Assembly (NCBI GenBank): GCA_019115225.1
Contig: DXEA01000114.1
Location: 16,165-80,164 of the forward strand
Reading direction: 5' to 3'
Source of the DNA: Candidatus Evtepia faecigallinarum
GTDB lineage: Bacteria > Bacillota > Clostridia > Oscillospirales > Oscillospiraceae
Length of the DNA stretch: 64,000 nt
The notes under the pieces were generated by a model. The model worked only from the letters and a program-made list of their open reading frames with translations. It had not been told where the DNA came from and did no database searches. The translations under genes and the position numbers were made by a program. Below are positions 24,899 through 33,708 of this stretch, piece by piece (the stretch's first letter is position 1; every line of letters starts with the position of its first letter).

Positions 24899-26629
24899 AT
24901 GAAGGAACTGATGTTGGGCAACAAAGCCGTTGCCCGTGGACTTTATGAGGCCGGCTGCTGTGTGATCTCCAGCTACCCCGGCACCCCCAGCACCGAGATC
25001 ACGGAAGAGGCCGCCAAATACCCCGAAATCTATTGCGAGTGGGCCCCCAACGAAAAGGTCGCCTTAGAGGTGGCCCACGGGGCCGCCGTGGGCGGCAAGC
25101 GGGCCGCCTGCTGCATGAAGCACGTGGGCCTGAACGTGGCGGCAGACCCCCTGTTCACCATCTCCTATCAGGGGGTGGATGCGGGGCTGGTCCTGTGCGT
25201 GGCCGACGACCCGGGTATGTTCTCCTCCCAGAATGAGCAGGACTCCCGGCACTATGCCATTGCCGCCAAGGTGCCCATGCTGGAGCCCTCGGACTCCCAG
25301 GAGGCCCTGGACTTCACCAAAGAGGCTTTTCGGCTGTCGGAGGAATACCACACCCCCGTGCTGGTGCGCATGTGTACCCGCATCTCCCACTCCCAGAGCA
25401 TCGTCACCCAGGGCCAGCGCCAGGAGGTGCCCCGGAAGCCCTATGTGAAGGATACCCAGCGGGTGATGATGACCACCAACTCCCTGAAAGCCCACTACCG
25501 GGTGGAGGAGCGCACCAAGGCCATGACGGCCCTGGCCGAGACCAGCTGGCTCAACCGGACGGAGATGGGGGAGGACACCTCCCTGGGCATCATCACCTCC
25601 TCCACCAGCTACCAGTATGTGCGGGAAGTCTTTGGAGACAAGGCGTGCGTGCTGAAGCTGGGCCTGTCCTGGCCCATGCCGGTGGAGAAGATTAAGGATT
25701 TTGCGTCCAAGGTGGACCAGGTCCTGGTGGTGGAGGAGCTGGAGCCCATCATTGAAAACCACTGCCGCCAGATCGGCGTGGCCGTCACCGGCAAGGAGAA
25801 GATCCCCCTGGTGGACGAGCTCACCCAGGGGGTCATTGCCCGCAGTCTGGGCCGGCCGGAGAAGCCCACCCTCACCCTGGAGGACCCCATCCCCGGCCGT
25901 CCTCCGGTGATGTGCGCCGGATGTCCCCACCGGGGCGTGTTCTACACCCTGGCCAAGAACAAGTGCATGGTCTATGGCGACATCGGGTGCTATACCCTGG
26001 GCGTGATGCCCCCCCTGAACGCCATGGACCTGAATGTGTGCATGGGTGCCTCCTGCTCGGGCCTGCACGGGTTCAACCTGGCCGGCGGGTCAGAGCACGA
26101 AAAGCACAGCGTGGCGGTGATCGGGGACTCCACCTTTGCCCACTCGGGCATCACCGGCATCGCGGATATCGCCTACAACCGCAGTAACTCTACGGTCATC
26201 ATTCTGGATAACTCCATCACCGGCATGACCGGCCACCAGCAGAACCCCACCACCGGCAAGACCCTGCGGGGAGAGCCGGCGGGGAAGATCGACCTGGAGG
26301 CCCTGTGCCGCGCCATCGGCTTTGACCGGGTGCGGGTGGTGGACCCCAACCAGCTCAAAGAGATGGACAAGGTCCTCAAGGAGGAGCTGGCCGCAGAGGA
26401 GCCCTCGGTGATCATCACCCGGTCCCCCTGCGTGATGCTCAAGGACGTGCCCAAGGCACCCCCGCTGAAGGTGGACGAGGACAAGTGCAACGGCTGCAGC
26501 CTGTGCATGCGCATCGGCTGCCCCGCCCTGAGCCTGCGGGGAGAAAAGGTAGAGATCGACAGGACCCAGTGCATCGGCTGCCAGGTGTGCATGCAGATGT
26601 GCCACCGGGACGCCCTGATCGTGGGATAA
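24899..26629 (+). CDS. iorA: Indolepyruvate:ferredoxin oxidoreductase subunit alpha, 576 aa
   Basis: MKELMLGNKAVARGLYEAGCCVISSYPGTPSTEI..., a TPP-binding region and two C-terminal 4Fe-4S motifs (CNGCSLCMRIGCP, CIGCQVCMQMCH). Confidence 0.9.
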   Translation: MKELMLGNKAVARGLYEAGCCVISSYPGTPSTEITEEAAKYPEIYCEWAPNEKVALEVAHGAAVGGKRAACCMKHVGLNVAADPLFTISYQGVDAGLVLCVADDPGMFSSQNEQDSRHYAIAAKVPMLEPSDSQEALDFTKEAFRLSEEYHTPVLVRMCTRISHSQSIVTQGQRQEVPRKPYVKDTQRVMMTTNSLKAHYRVEERTKAMTALAETSWLNRTEMGEDTSLGIITSSTSYQYVREVFGDKACVLKLGLSWPMPVEKIKDFASKVDQVLVVEELEPIIENHCRQIGVAVTGKEKIPLVDELTQGVIARSLGRPEKPTLTLEDPIPGRPPVMCAGCPHRGVFYTLAKNKCMVYGDIGCYTLGVMPPLNAMDLNVCMGASCSGLHGFNLAGGSEHEKHSVAVIGDSTFAHSGITGIADIAYNRSNSTVIILDNSITGMTGHQQNPTTGKTLRGEPAGKIDLEALCRAIGFDRVRVVDPNQLKEMDKVLKEELAAEEPSVIITRSPCVMLKDVPKAPPLKVDEDKCNGCSLCMRIGCPALSLRGEKVEIDRTQCIGCQVCMQMCHRDALIVG

Positions 26630-26647
26630 AGAAGGAGGAGACACGTT

Positions 26648-27223
26648 TTGGAAACTGTGAATATTATGCTCGTTGGTGTGGGGGGCCAGGGCTCCCTGCT
26701 GGCCTCGAAGATGCTGGGCCATCTGCTGGTAAATGCAGGCTATGACGTCAAGGTCTCGGAAGTCCACGGCATGAGCCAGCGGGGGGGCAGCGTGGTCACC
26801 TATGTCCGCTTTGGGGACAAGGTGTACTCTCCCATCATCGACAAGGGGGAGGCAGACTTCATCGTCTCCTTCGAGCTGCTGGAGGCCGCCCGCTGGGTGG
26901 AGTATCTCAAGCCCAACGGCCGCATCGTCACCAACACCCAGCAGATGGAGCCCATGCCCGTCATCGCCGGCCTGGCCGAGTACCCGGAAAACCTGGTGGA
27001 GAAGATGCAGGCCAAGGGCATCCAGGTGGACGCCATGGACTGCCTGGCCCTGGCGGAAGAGGCCGGCTCGGCCAAGGCGGTGAACATGGTCCTCATGGGC
27101 CGCCTGTCCCACTACTTCCCGGATATTCCTCTGGACGCCTGGCACGCCTCTCTGGAGGCCAACGTGCCGGCCAAGCTGGTGGAGCTGAACCACAAAGCCT
27201 TTGCCCTGGGCCAGAAGGGCTGA
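26648..27223 (+). CDS. iorB: Indolepyruvate:ferredoxin oxidoreductase subunit beta, 191 aa
   Basis: ..IMLVGVGGQGSLLASKML.., ..SEVHGMSQRGGSV.. TTG start about 10 nt after aaggagg; an ATG 18 nt downstream is an alternative. Confidence 0.85.
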   Translation: METVNIMLVGVGGQGSLLASKMLGHLLVNAGYDVKVSEVHGMSQRGGSVVTYVRFGDKVYSPIIDKGEADFIVSFELLEAARWVEYLKPNGRIVTNTQQMEPMPVIAGLAEYPENLVEKMQAKGIQVDAMDCLALAEEAGSAKAVNMVLMGRLSHYFPDIPLDAWHASLEANVPAKLVELNHKAFALGQKG

Positions 27224-27247
27224 CCGGCACGACCCAAATGTCCTATG

Positions 27248-27285
27248 GAGCGGGCAGGAGAGTTTCTCCTGCCCGCTTTCTTTCA
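27248..27285 (+). terminator. Intrinsic terminator after iorB
   Basis: gagcgggcaggaga gtt tctcctgcccgct tttctttc. Confidence 0.7.
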
Positions 27286-27328
27286 CCCTGGTTTGGAGAA
27301 AACCGTCCTGCCTCATACTTTGGACGGA

Positions 27329-27358
27329 TTTACATGTGCCGGAATTTTATAGTAAAAT
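27329..27358 (+). promoter_or_regulatory. Sigma-70-type promoter for the 682-aa orphan gene
   Basis: TTTACA (27329-27334) - 18 nt - TAAAAT (27353-27358). Confidence 0.45.
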
Positions 27359-27427
27359 GAAAAAAATATACCCCAACGAAGCCCGCCGGGGCAGGATGCC
27401 CTTCTGCGGAGGAGAGGAGAGACCTGT

Positions 27428-29476
27428 ATGACGCGAAAAACGCAGGCCCTGTGGATCCTTTTGATCCTGGTGATCGCAATATGCCTTCTGTATTTCGCCA
27501 CTGCCTCTGACAGGAGCCAGAGCAGCGACGCCCAGGAGAGCCAGACCGCCCTGGTCCCCCGGCCCATGGCCCCCAAGGAGGTGGCCGAAAACCCCTACAT
27601 GGCGGCCAGTGACAACGCCATTCACAACGACATCTACGCCTCTGATGTCACCGATGCGGTGGCGCCCCTGGGCATCTGCTCCCAGCTGAGCACTTCTGTG
27701 GAGACCCAGAACAAACAGGCCCCTTCGGCGGCCTTTTATGACACCAAGGGCAACGCCGTCACCCCCTACTTAGGGGGTATCGCCATCGTGACCATGGACG
27801 GGGAGCAGGTGGAGCATTTGGGCTCCTTCGTGCCCAGCCGGGACGACGGCGGGGGCTATGCCTTCCAGATCTCCTACTCCTTCGTGGACAGCAGGGACAA
27901 TGTGGTGGCCCCTACCTCCGACGGACGCATCCTGGTGCTGCGGACCATGGACGAGGCGGGAAATATCCTGCCTGTGTTTGAAAAGGTCATGGACATCGAC
28001 CTGATGGCCCAGGCGGAGGCCCAGCTGGCCGAGGAGATCGGGCAGAACCTGCTGAGCATCGTCTATGACTATGAGGGCAACCTGTGGTTTACCACCGGCG
28101 GCTTCCGCATCTATCCCGACCGGGGAGACCAGGGCTTTATCGGCTACATTTCCAAAGAGTATATGCAGCAGGAGGCGGGGGAGAATGTCTCCCTGGCGGA
28201 GCACATCTTCTTCTATCCCCTAAAACCGGGGGAAGGGGCAGAAAACGGCATCGCCGCCAACGAGGACGGGGCGGTCATCCTGACCAACCTGGCCTGCTAC
28301 ATGCTCACGGCGGAGGAGGGCGTCCAGATCTCCTGGCGCACCCCCTATGAGAGCAACGGGGCCAACGACGCCGAGGCGGATTCCGGTTACACCGGCGGCG
28401 GCTTGGCCTGGGGCAGCGGCACCAGCCCCACCCTCACCAACGACTTGGTCATTTTTACGGACAACCTGGACCCTGTGAACCTCATCGCCCTCTCCTCCGA
28501 GACCGGGGAGGTGGCAGCCCAGCTCCCTGTCCTGGATGAGCTGGGGGAGGATACGCCGGTGTCGGTGGAAAACTCCATTCTGGTCTATGCGTCCGGGGAT
28601 GGCTCGGCCACGGTGATTGTGGCCAACTGGTTCGGGGCGGGCAACGCCGGCCTGGCAGCCCCCGATGCCGACTCCTCCATCCAGAGCTATGAGAACATCT
28701 ATGACGCCAACTGGACCGCCTATGGCAACGCCTATATTGCCCCCGGCGTGGAGCGGGTGGACTTTGTGAAAACCGACCAGGGCTATGAGGCCAAAAAGGT
28801 CTGGTCCCGGGCGGACTTGCGGGAAACCGCCATGATCAAGCTCAGCACCGCCACCGGCTACCTCTATGGCTACTGGCAGGACCTGGACAGCGGCATGTGG
28901 GTCTATGAGGCGCTGGACTTCGCCACCGGCCAGACCGTGCTGCGCCAGGAGGTTTCTACTCTGAACGGCTACAACAACATGGCCGTGGGCCTCATCATCG
29001 ACCCTGACGGCAACGGCATCTACTGCCCCACCAACATCATGGAAATGGTGTGCTGGCAGGACGATTTTGCCTACCTGCCCAACAGTCCCGCCAAGGAGAT
29101 TTCTCCCCAGAACCAGGCCCGGACCTCCCTCTATAGCCAAGAACTGCCGGGAGACCGGACCGCGGCCAGCTATCTGATGACCGTGACGGTGGACAACCTG
29201 CGGGAAGAGGACACCCTGGCCCTGCGCCTGAACGGTCTGACCGCTTCGCCCCAGGACTATGTGCTGCTGTATGAGGATCAGAAGGGCGATCTTTGGGAGG
29301 TCCCCGTCTCCTGGTCCCTCTGCGCCGCCGGGGGCGGGGAGCTGAAGGCAGACCAGGCCCTTTCTGAGGACACCCTGTATGAAGTGCGCCTCTCCATTGC
29401 CGACGGGTCTCAGCTGGACCTGTCCGGCCAGGATTATCAGGGGGTTTTCTCTGTGATGCTGGCGGTGAAAGGATAA
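27428..29476 (+). CDS. Membrane-anchored extracytoplasmic protein of unknown function, 682 aa
   Basis: N-terminal anchor ALWILLILVIAICLLYF followed by a long hydrophilic, beta-rich looking body. I recognise no catalytic motif. The unit is monocistronic, with its own promoter and terminator. Confidence 0.6.
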   Translation: MTRKTQALWILLILVIAICLLYFATASDRSQSSDAQESQTALVPRPMAPKEVAENPYMAASDNAIHNDIYASDVTDAVAPLGICSQLSTSVETQNKQAPSAAFYDTKGNAVTPYLGGIAIVTMDGEQVEHLGSFVPSRDDGGGYAFQISYSFVDSRDNVVAPTSDGRILVLRTMDEAGNILPVFEKVMDIDLMAQAEAQLAEEIGQNLLSIVYDYEGNLWFTTGGFRIYPDRGDQGFIGYISKEYMQQEAGENVSLAEHIFFYPLKPGEGAENGIAANEDGAVILTNLACYMLTAEEGVQISWRTPYESNGANDAEADSGYTGGGLAWGSGTSPTLTNDLVIFTDNLDPVNLIALSSETGEVAAQLPVLDELGEDTPVSVENSILVYASGDGSATVIVANWFGAGNAGLAAPDADSSIQSYENIYDANWTAYGNAYIAPGVERVDFVKTDQGYEAKKVWSRADLRETAMIKLSTATGYLYGYWQDLDSGMWVYEALDFATGQTVLRQEVSTLNGYNNMAVGLIIDPDGNGIYCPTNIMEMVCWQDDFAYLPNSPAKEISPQNQARTSLYSQELPGDRTAASYLMTVTVDNLREEDTLALRLNGLTASPQDYVLLYEDQKGDLWEVPVSWSLCAAGGGELKADQALSEDTLYEVRLSIADGSQLDLSGQDYQGVFSVMLAVKG

Positions 29477-29495
29477 AACAGGGGAGTGCCTGTTG

Positions 29496-29535
29496 TGAAA
29501 AAACAGCGCCTGCGAACTTCGCAGGCGCTGTTGCC
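29496..29535. terminator. Bidirectional intrinsic terminator between the convergent orphan gene and the preA-like gene
   Basis: aaaaaacagcgcctgcgaa c ttcgcaggcgctgtt. Confidence 0.65.
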
Positions 29536-29547
29536 GTTTGTCTTGGG

Positions 29548-30982
29548 TTATGGTGTTTCCCGGGAAATGCGTTTTCCAAACCCGCTCACAGCGTGCTGGG
29601 GGCAGACCAGCACGCACAGATGACAGCCCACACAGGCCTTGGGGTCCATGGCGGGATGGCCCCGGCGCATGGTGAGGGCCTCGTGGCCTCCGTCCCGGCA
29701 GGACAGGACGCACCGGCCGCAGCCCACGCACTTGTGCCGGTCAAACTTGGGCAGCAGGACGCTGGTCCGCTCCAGGCTCTCCAGGGCGGCCACATTGCCC
29801 ACCCCCAGGCCCTCCAGGCCGGCTGCCCGCCCCAGGGCCTTTTCCCGCAAATAGCAGGTCAGCCCGTCCAGCAGGTCGTCGATGATCCGGTAGCCATACT
29901 GCATCACCGCCGTGGTCACCTGGACGTGGTTGGCCCCCAGCAGGAGGAATTCTGCTGCGTCCCGCCAGGTCTCGATCCCGCCCATGCCGCTGATGGGGAT
30001 GCCTTTCAGTTCCGGGCAGGCGGCCAGCTCCCACACAAAGCGCAGGGCGATGGGCTTGACGGCTTTGCCGGAATACCCGCCGATGCCCGACATCCCCCGC
30101 ACAGAGGGGCTGGTGGCATAGGTGTCCAGGTTCATGCCCATGATGCTTTTGACGGTGTTGATGGCCGCCAGGCCGTCTGCGCCGTTTTGCACCGCCGCTA
30201 TGGCCATGGGGCGCATGTCGCCCACGTTGGGGGTGAGCTTGGCCAGCAGGGGCAGGCGGGTGCCCCGGCGGGCAGCGGCGGTGTATCTGGCCACGGCCTC
30301 CGGGCTCTGGCCCACGTCCACCCCTAAGCCGTCCTCCTCCATGTTGGGGCAGGAGAAGTTACATTCCACCATGTCCGCCCCAGCTTCCTCCACCAGGCGG
30401 GCCAGCCGGGTCCACTCCTCCTCGGTGCGGCCCATGATGGAGGCGATGAGGACCTTTTGGCTGCTCGATGTTCTTAAAGCCATAAAAGGAGCGCTCCCCC
30501 TCCAGCGCGCCGTAACGGGGCGAGGCCTCCCGGGGGATGAAGTTGCAGATGGTCTTGAAGCACGCCCCCGCCCAGCCCAGCCGGAAGGCCCGGGCGATCT
30601 TTTCATAAGTGCTGGCCACCACGGAGGAGGACAGCAGGAAGGGATTTTCCAACTTCACCCCACAGAAGGTGCAGGACAGGTCCACCTCCCCTGGGGCCAG
30701 GTCCTCCATCTTGGCCCGGTCGGCCCCCAGGGCGGTACACACCCGCTGGACTTTGATGGGATACTCCCGCCGCAGACAGGCGGTCTCGCAGGGGGCGTGG
30801 CAGGTGCCGCAGGGGAGCTCTTTGGGCAGACGGTGGGCGGCGCCCACCTGGTTGTCAAACCGGATGCTGCGGATGAGCCCCGCCGGGTCCAGCCCGTGGG
30901 GACAGGCAGCGGAGCAGGGGGCCTCGTGGCAGAGGAGACATCGGTTGACCTCTTCGGCAGGGATGACGGATTCCCAGAGCAT
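29548..30982 (-). pseudogene. Dihydropyrimidine dehydrogenase PreA-like (DHOD family plus Fe-S domains), interrupted by a +1 frame change
   Basis: Two overlapping ORFs (30359-30982 and 29548-30606) together cover a PreA-like protein. The upstream frame ends its homology at ..SFYGFKNIEQ. The second frame resumes at ..KVLIASIMGRTEEEW..ECNFSCPN..GYSGKAVKPIALRF.. with C-terminal CVGCGRC / CVGCHLC clusters. The break lies at ccaaaaggtc (30451-30460). Confidence 0.55.
30451..30460 (-). other. Frame-change site within the preA-like gene
   Basis: The minus strand reads cca aaa g gtc ctc. Removing one G restores ..NIEQPKVLIASIMG.. Confidence 0.5.
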
Positions 30983-31173
30983 AGTGAGCGCTCCTTTCAC
31001 AGTGGTGTGGTCTGAGTGAAAAAGGGGGCCACAGCCCCCTTTCCGTCCCAGGAGAGGTTCCCTCCTGAGAAAAAATATCCGCTTTTCAAGGGACTGTCTG
31101 CATTTTATCACGGCAGATTCCGGCCTGTCAATCGGTCCAAAGGATGAGCGGACCGCCCCTCAGAGGGCCCTGT

Positions 31174-31608
31174 TCACATCTCCTTGTCATACTTGATCCG
31201 GTAGTAGATGCTGCATCCCACCACCAGCAGATAGGCAAAGACCAGCAGGAGCAGGGGGGCCAGGTCCATCCCCATCAGGCCGAAGGAGACCAGCAGCGCG
31301 CCGTAGACATAGATCATGATATCAAAGGCCTTACCCTTGGCCCGGTTGGCCAGGGCGATGTTGCGCTCGTCCTGCTGCTCGATGGCCAGGGACCGGGCCA
31401 GCTCCGGGTCACTCGCCAGGGCCTTGCGGCTGAGGAGGTCCCCCATGCCGTGGCCGAAGGCGCCGCAGCCGATGCCCAGGCAGACGAAGGGGAGCACGGC
31501 CATGACACCCTCTGCGTGGTCATAGTGCCGCAGGGCAAAAAGGGAACCGATGCCCAGCAGAATGCCCCCGATGATTTTGACCCAGTTCCAAGTGCGTTCG
31601 TTCATCAC
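31174..31608 (-). CDS. Small integral membrane protein (4 TM), partner of the XRE regulator, 144 aa
   Basis: Hydrophobic segments WVKIIGGILLGIGSLFAL, VLPFVCLGIGCGAFG, IMIYVYGALLVSFGLM, LLLLVFAYLLVVG. ATGA overlap with the upstream HTH gene. Confidence 0.6.
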   Translation of the reverse strand: MMNERTWNWVKIIGGILLGIGSLFALRHYDHAEGVMAVLPFVCLGIGCGAFGHGMGDLLSRKALASDPELARSLAIEQQDERNIALANRAKGKAFDIMIYVYGALLVSFGLMGMDLAPLLLLVFAYLLVVGCSIYYRIKYDKEM

Positions 31609-31805
31609 GACTCCTCCTCATAGATAAAAATTTCCTCAATGGTCCGGTGAAAATACCGGGCGATCTTAAAGGCCAGCAGGATAGAGGGGTTATATCGGCC
31701 CTTTTCCAGGGAGCCGATGGTCTGGCGGGTGACCTCCAGGTGGTTTGCCAGCTCCTCCTGGCTGATCCCCCGTTCCTTGCGCAATGCTTCCAGTCGGTTC
31801 TTCAA
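31605..31805 (-). CDS. XRE-family helix-turn-helix transcriptional regulator, 66 aa
   Basis: TTG start 7 nt after aaaggagg. (M)KNRLEALRKERGISQEELANHLEVTRQTIGSLEKGRYNPSILLAFKIARYF.. The upstream part of the 197-aa ORF-track version is non-homologous. Confidence 0.75.
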   Translation of the reverse strand: MKNRLEALRKERGISQEELANHLEVTRQTIGSLEKGRYNPSILLAFKIARYFHRTIEEIFIYEEES

Positions 31806-31962
31806 GGGTTGGCCTCCTTTCTGATGGAAAGCGTCCTTTCCATCAAAGGGAAAAGAATGGGCGGCCGGAGCCGCATGTCTCTGAGACGGGATGGAAAGGA
31901 AACTTTCCATCTGTAGGATAGCACAGTCTTGCCGGAATGTCAAGCACACTTTCCATTTTTGC

Positions 31963-32006
31963 AAAAAAAGCCCCCGCCCCCCGGCAGAGCAGGGGACGGG
32001 TGCGGG
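31963..32006 (-). terminator. Candidate intrinsic terminator after the symporter gene
   Basis: The minus strand has a GC-rich imperfect stem cccgcacccgtcccc...ggggggcggggg followed by cttttttt. Confidence 0.45.
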
Positions 32007-32013
32007 AAAGGAC

Positions 32014-33564
32014 TCAGTCGCTGAGGGCTTTTTTCTGGGAGACCGGCGCCTTCTTTTCATAGCAGGCGAAGGCTTCCTCCACCATGGCCCTGTCAGGCTT
32101 TTGGGTGAAGAGACTGACCACCGGCACGATGACCAGCCCAGCCAGCATGGCGAATGCGCCGCAGTTGATGGAGGACTGGAGGAGGGTGGGGAAGGCAAAG
32201 GCCCCGGTGGAGTTGGAGATCAGGTTCAGGGTCATGATCCCCGCGCCAAAGACGAAGGAGACCCAGCAGGCGGCCTTGGTGGCCTTTTTCCAATACAGGC
32301 CATAGAGGAAGGGGGCCAGGAAGGCACCGGCCAGAGCGCCCCAGGAGACGCCCATGAGCTGGGCGATGAAGCTGATGGAGAACTTATACTGGACGATGGC
32401 GATGACCATGGAGATGACCACAAAGACCACCACGAAGCAGCGGATGATAAAGACCGCCTCAAAGTCGGTCATCTTCTTGACAATGTTCCCCCGCAGCAGG
32501 TCGATGGTGAGGGTGGAGGAGGAGGCGATGACCAGGGAGGACAGGGTGGACATGGAGGCGGAGAGCACCAGGATGACCACGATGGCGATGAGGATGTCCG
32601 GCAGGTCGGAGAGCATGGCGGGGATGATGGCGTCGTAGCCGTCGGCAGCGATGTCCACCCGGTCGGAGAAGAGCCGGCCAAAACCGCCTAAGAAGTAGCA
32701 GCCCCCGGCCACCACCAGGGCGAAGAGGGTGGAGATGATGGTCCCCTTGTGGATGGAGTCCTCCGACTTGATGGCATAGAATTTTTGGACCATCTGGGGC
32801 AGACCCCAGGTGCCCAGACTGGTCAGCAGGACCACGCCCAGCAGGTTAATGGGGTCCGGGCCAAAGAAGGAGGCAAAGATCCCCGGCACCTCGCCGTTGA
32901 CCGAAGTGGGATCGGTGACGGCGGCCAGACTGTGCAGCGCCTCACTAAGACCTCCCTGGGTGTTGAGGACCGCGGCAATGACCACGCAGATGCCCACCAG
33001 CATGACGCAGCCCTGGACAAAGTCGTTGATGGCGGTGGCCATGTAGCCGCCGGCGATGACGTAAATCCCCGTCAGCACCCCCATGAGGATGATGCAGACC
33101 ACATAGTCAATGTGGAAGGCCATGCCGAAGAGGCGGGAGAGGCCATTAAAGAGGGAGGCGGTATAGGGGATGAGGAAGATAAAGACGATGATGGAGGCCC
33201 CGATCTTCAGCCCCTTGCTCTGGAACCGCTGGCCAAAGAACTGGGGCATGGTGGCGGAGTTGAAGTGCTGGGTCATGATCCGCGTCCGGCGGCCCAGAAC
33301 GGCCCAGGCCAGCAGGGAGCCCAAAATGGCGTTGCCCAGCCCGGCCCAGGTGGCGGCGATGCCGTACTTCCAGCCGAACTGACCGGCATAGCCCACAAAG
33401 ACCACGGCGGAGAAATAGGACGTGCCGTAAGCGAAGGCGGTCAGCCAGGGGCCCACCGAGCGTCCACCCAGCACGAAGCCATTGAGGTCCGTGGTGTGTT
33501 TGCGGCAATAGATGCCGATGCCTACCATGATGGCGAAATAAATCACCAGCAGCGCGAGTTTCAC
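32014..33564 (-). CDS. Sodium:solute symporter family (SSF) transporter, about 516 aa
   Basis: ..LNGFVLGGRSVGPWLTAFAYGTSYFSAVVFVGYAG.. is a typical SSF N-terminus. The GTG start at 33564 (7 nt after ggagg) is preferred. The ATG at 33606 lies inside the predicted -10 element. Confidence 0.85.
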   Translation of the reverse strand: MKLALLVIYFAIMVGIGIYCRKHTTDLNGFVLGGRSVGPWLTAFAYGTSYFSAVVFVGYAGQFGWKYGIAATWAGLGNAILGSLLAWAVLGRRTRIMTQHFNSATMPQFFGQRFQSKGLKIGASIIVFIFLIPYTASLFNGLSRLFGMAFHIDYVVCIILMGVLTGIYVIAGGYMATAINDFVQGCVMLVGICVVIAAVLNTQGGLSEALHSLAAVTDPTSVNGEVPGIFASFFGPDPINLLGVVLLTSLGTWGLPQMVQKFYAIKSEDSIHKGTIISTLFALVVAGGCYFLGGFGRLFSDRVDIAADGYDAIIPAMLSDLPDILIAIVVILVLSASMSTLSSLVIASSSTLTIDLLRGNIVKKMTDFEAVFIIRCFVVVFVVISMVIAIVQYKFSISFIAQLMGVSWGALAGAFLAPFLYGLYWKKATKAACWVSFVFGAGIMTLNLISNSTGAFAFPTLLQSSINCGAFAMLAGLVIVPVVSLFTQKPDRAMVEEAFACYEKKAPVSQKKALSD

Positions 33565-33606
33565 AAGAATTCCTCCAATCAAAGGGTGTTGCTTTAATGC
33601 TTTCAA

Positions 33607-33635
33607 ACTTTAACACCAAAAAGCTAAAAAGTCAA
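33607..33635 (-). promoter_or_regulatory. Sigma-70-type promoter for the symporter gene
   Basis: Minus strand TTGACT (33635-33630) - 17 nt - TAAAGT (33612-33607). Confidence 0.5.
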
Positions 33636-33654
33636 GAAGTTTTCCGGGATGGGA

Positions 33655-33694
33655 CAAAAAAATCCCCTCTTCCCGAAAGACCGGGGAGAGGGGA
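33655..33694 (-). terminator. Intrinsic terminator after prfB
   Basis: Minus strand tcccctctccccg gtctt tcgggaagagggga ttttttt. Confidence 0.7.
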
Positions 33695-33708
33695 GGGGGG
33701 AAAGGGTG

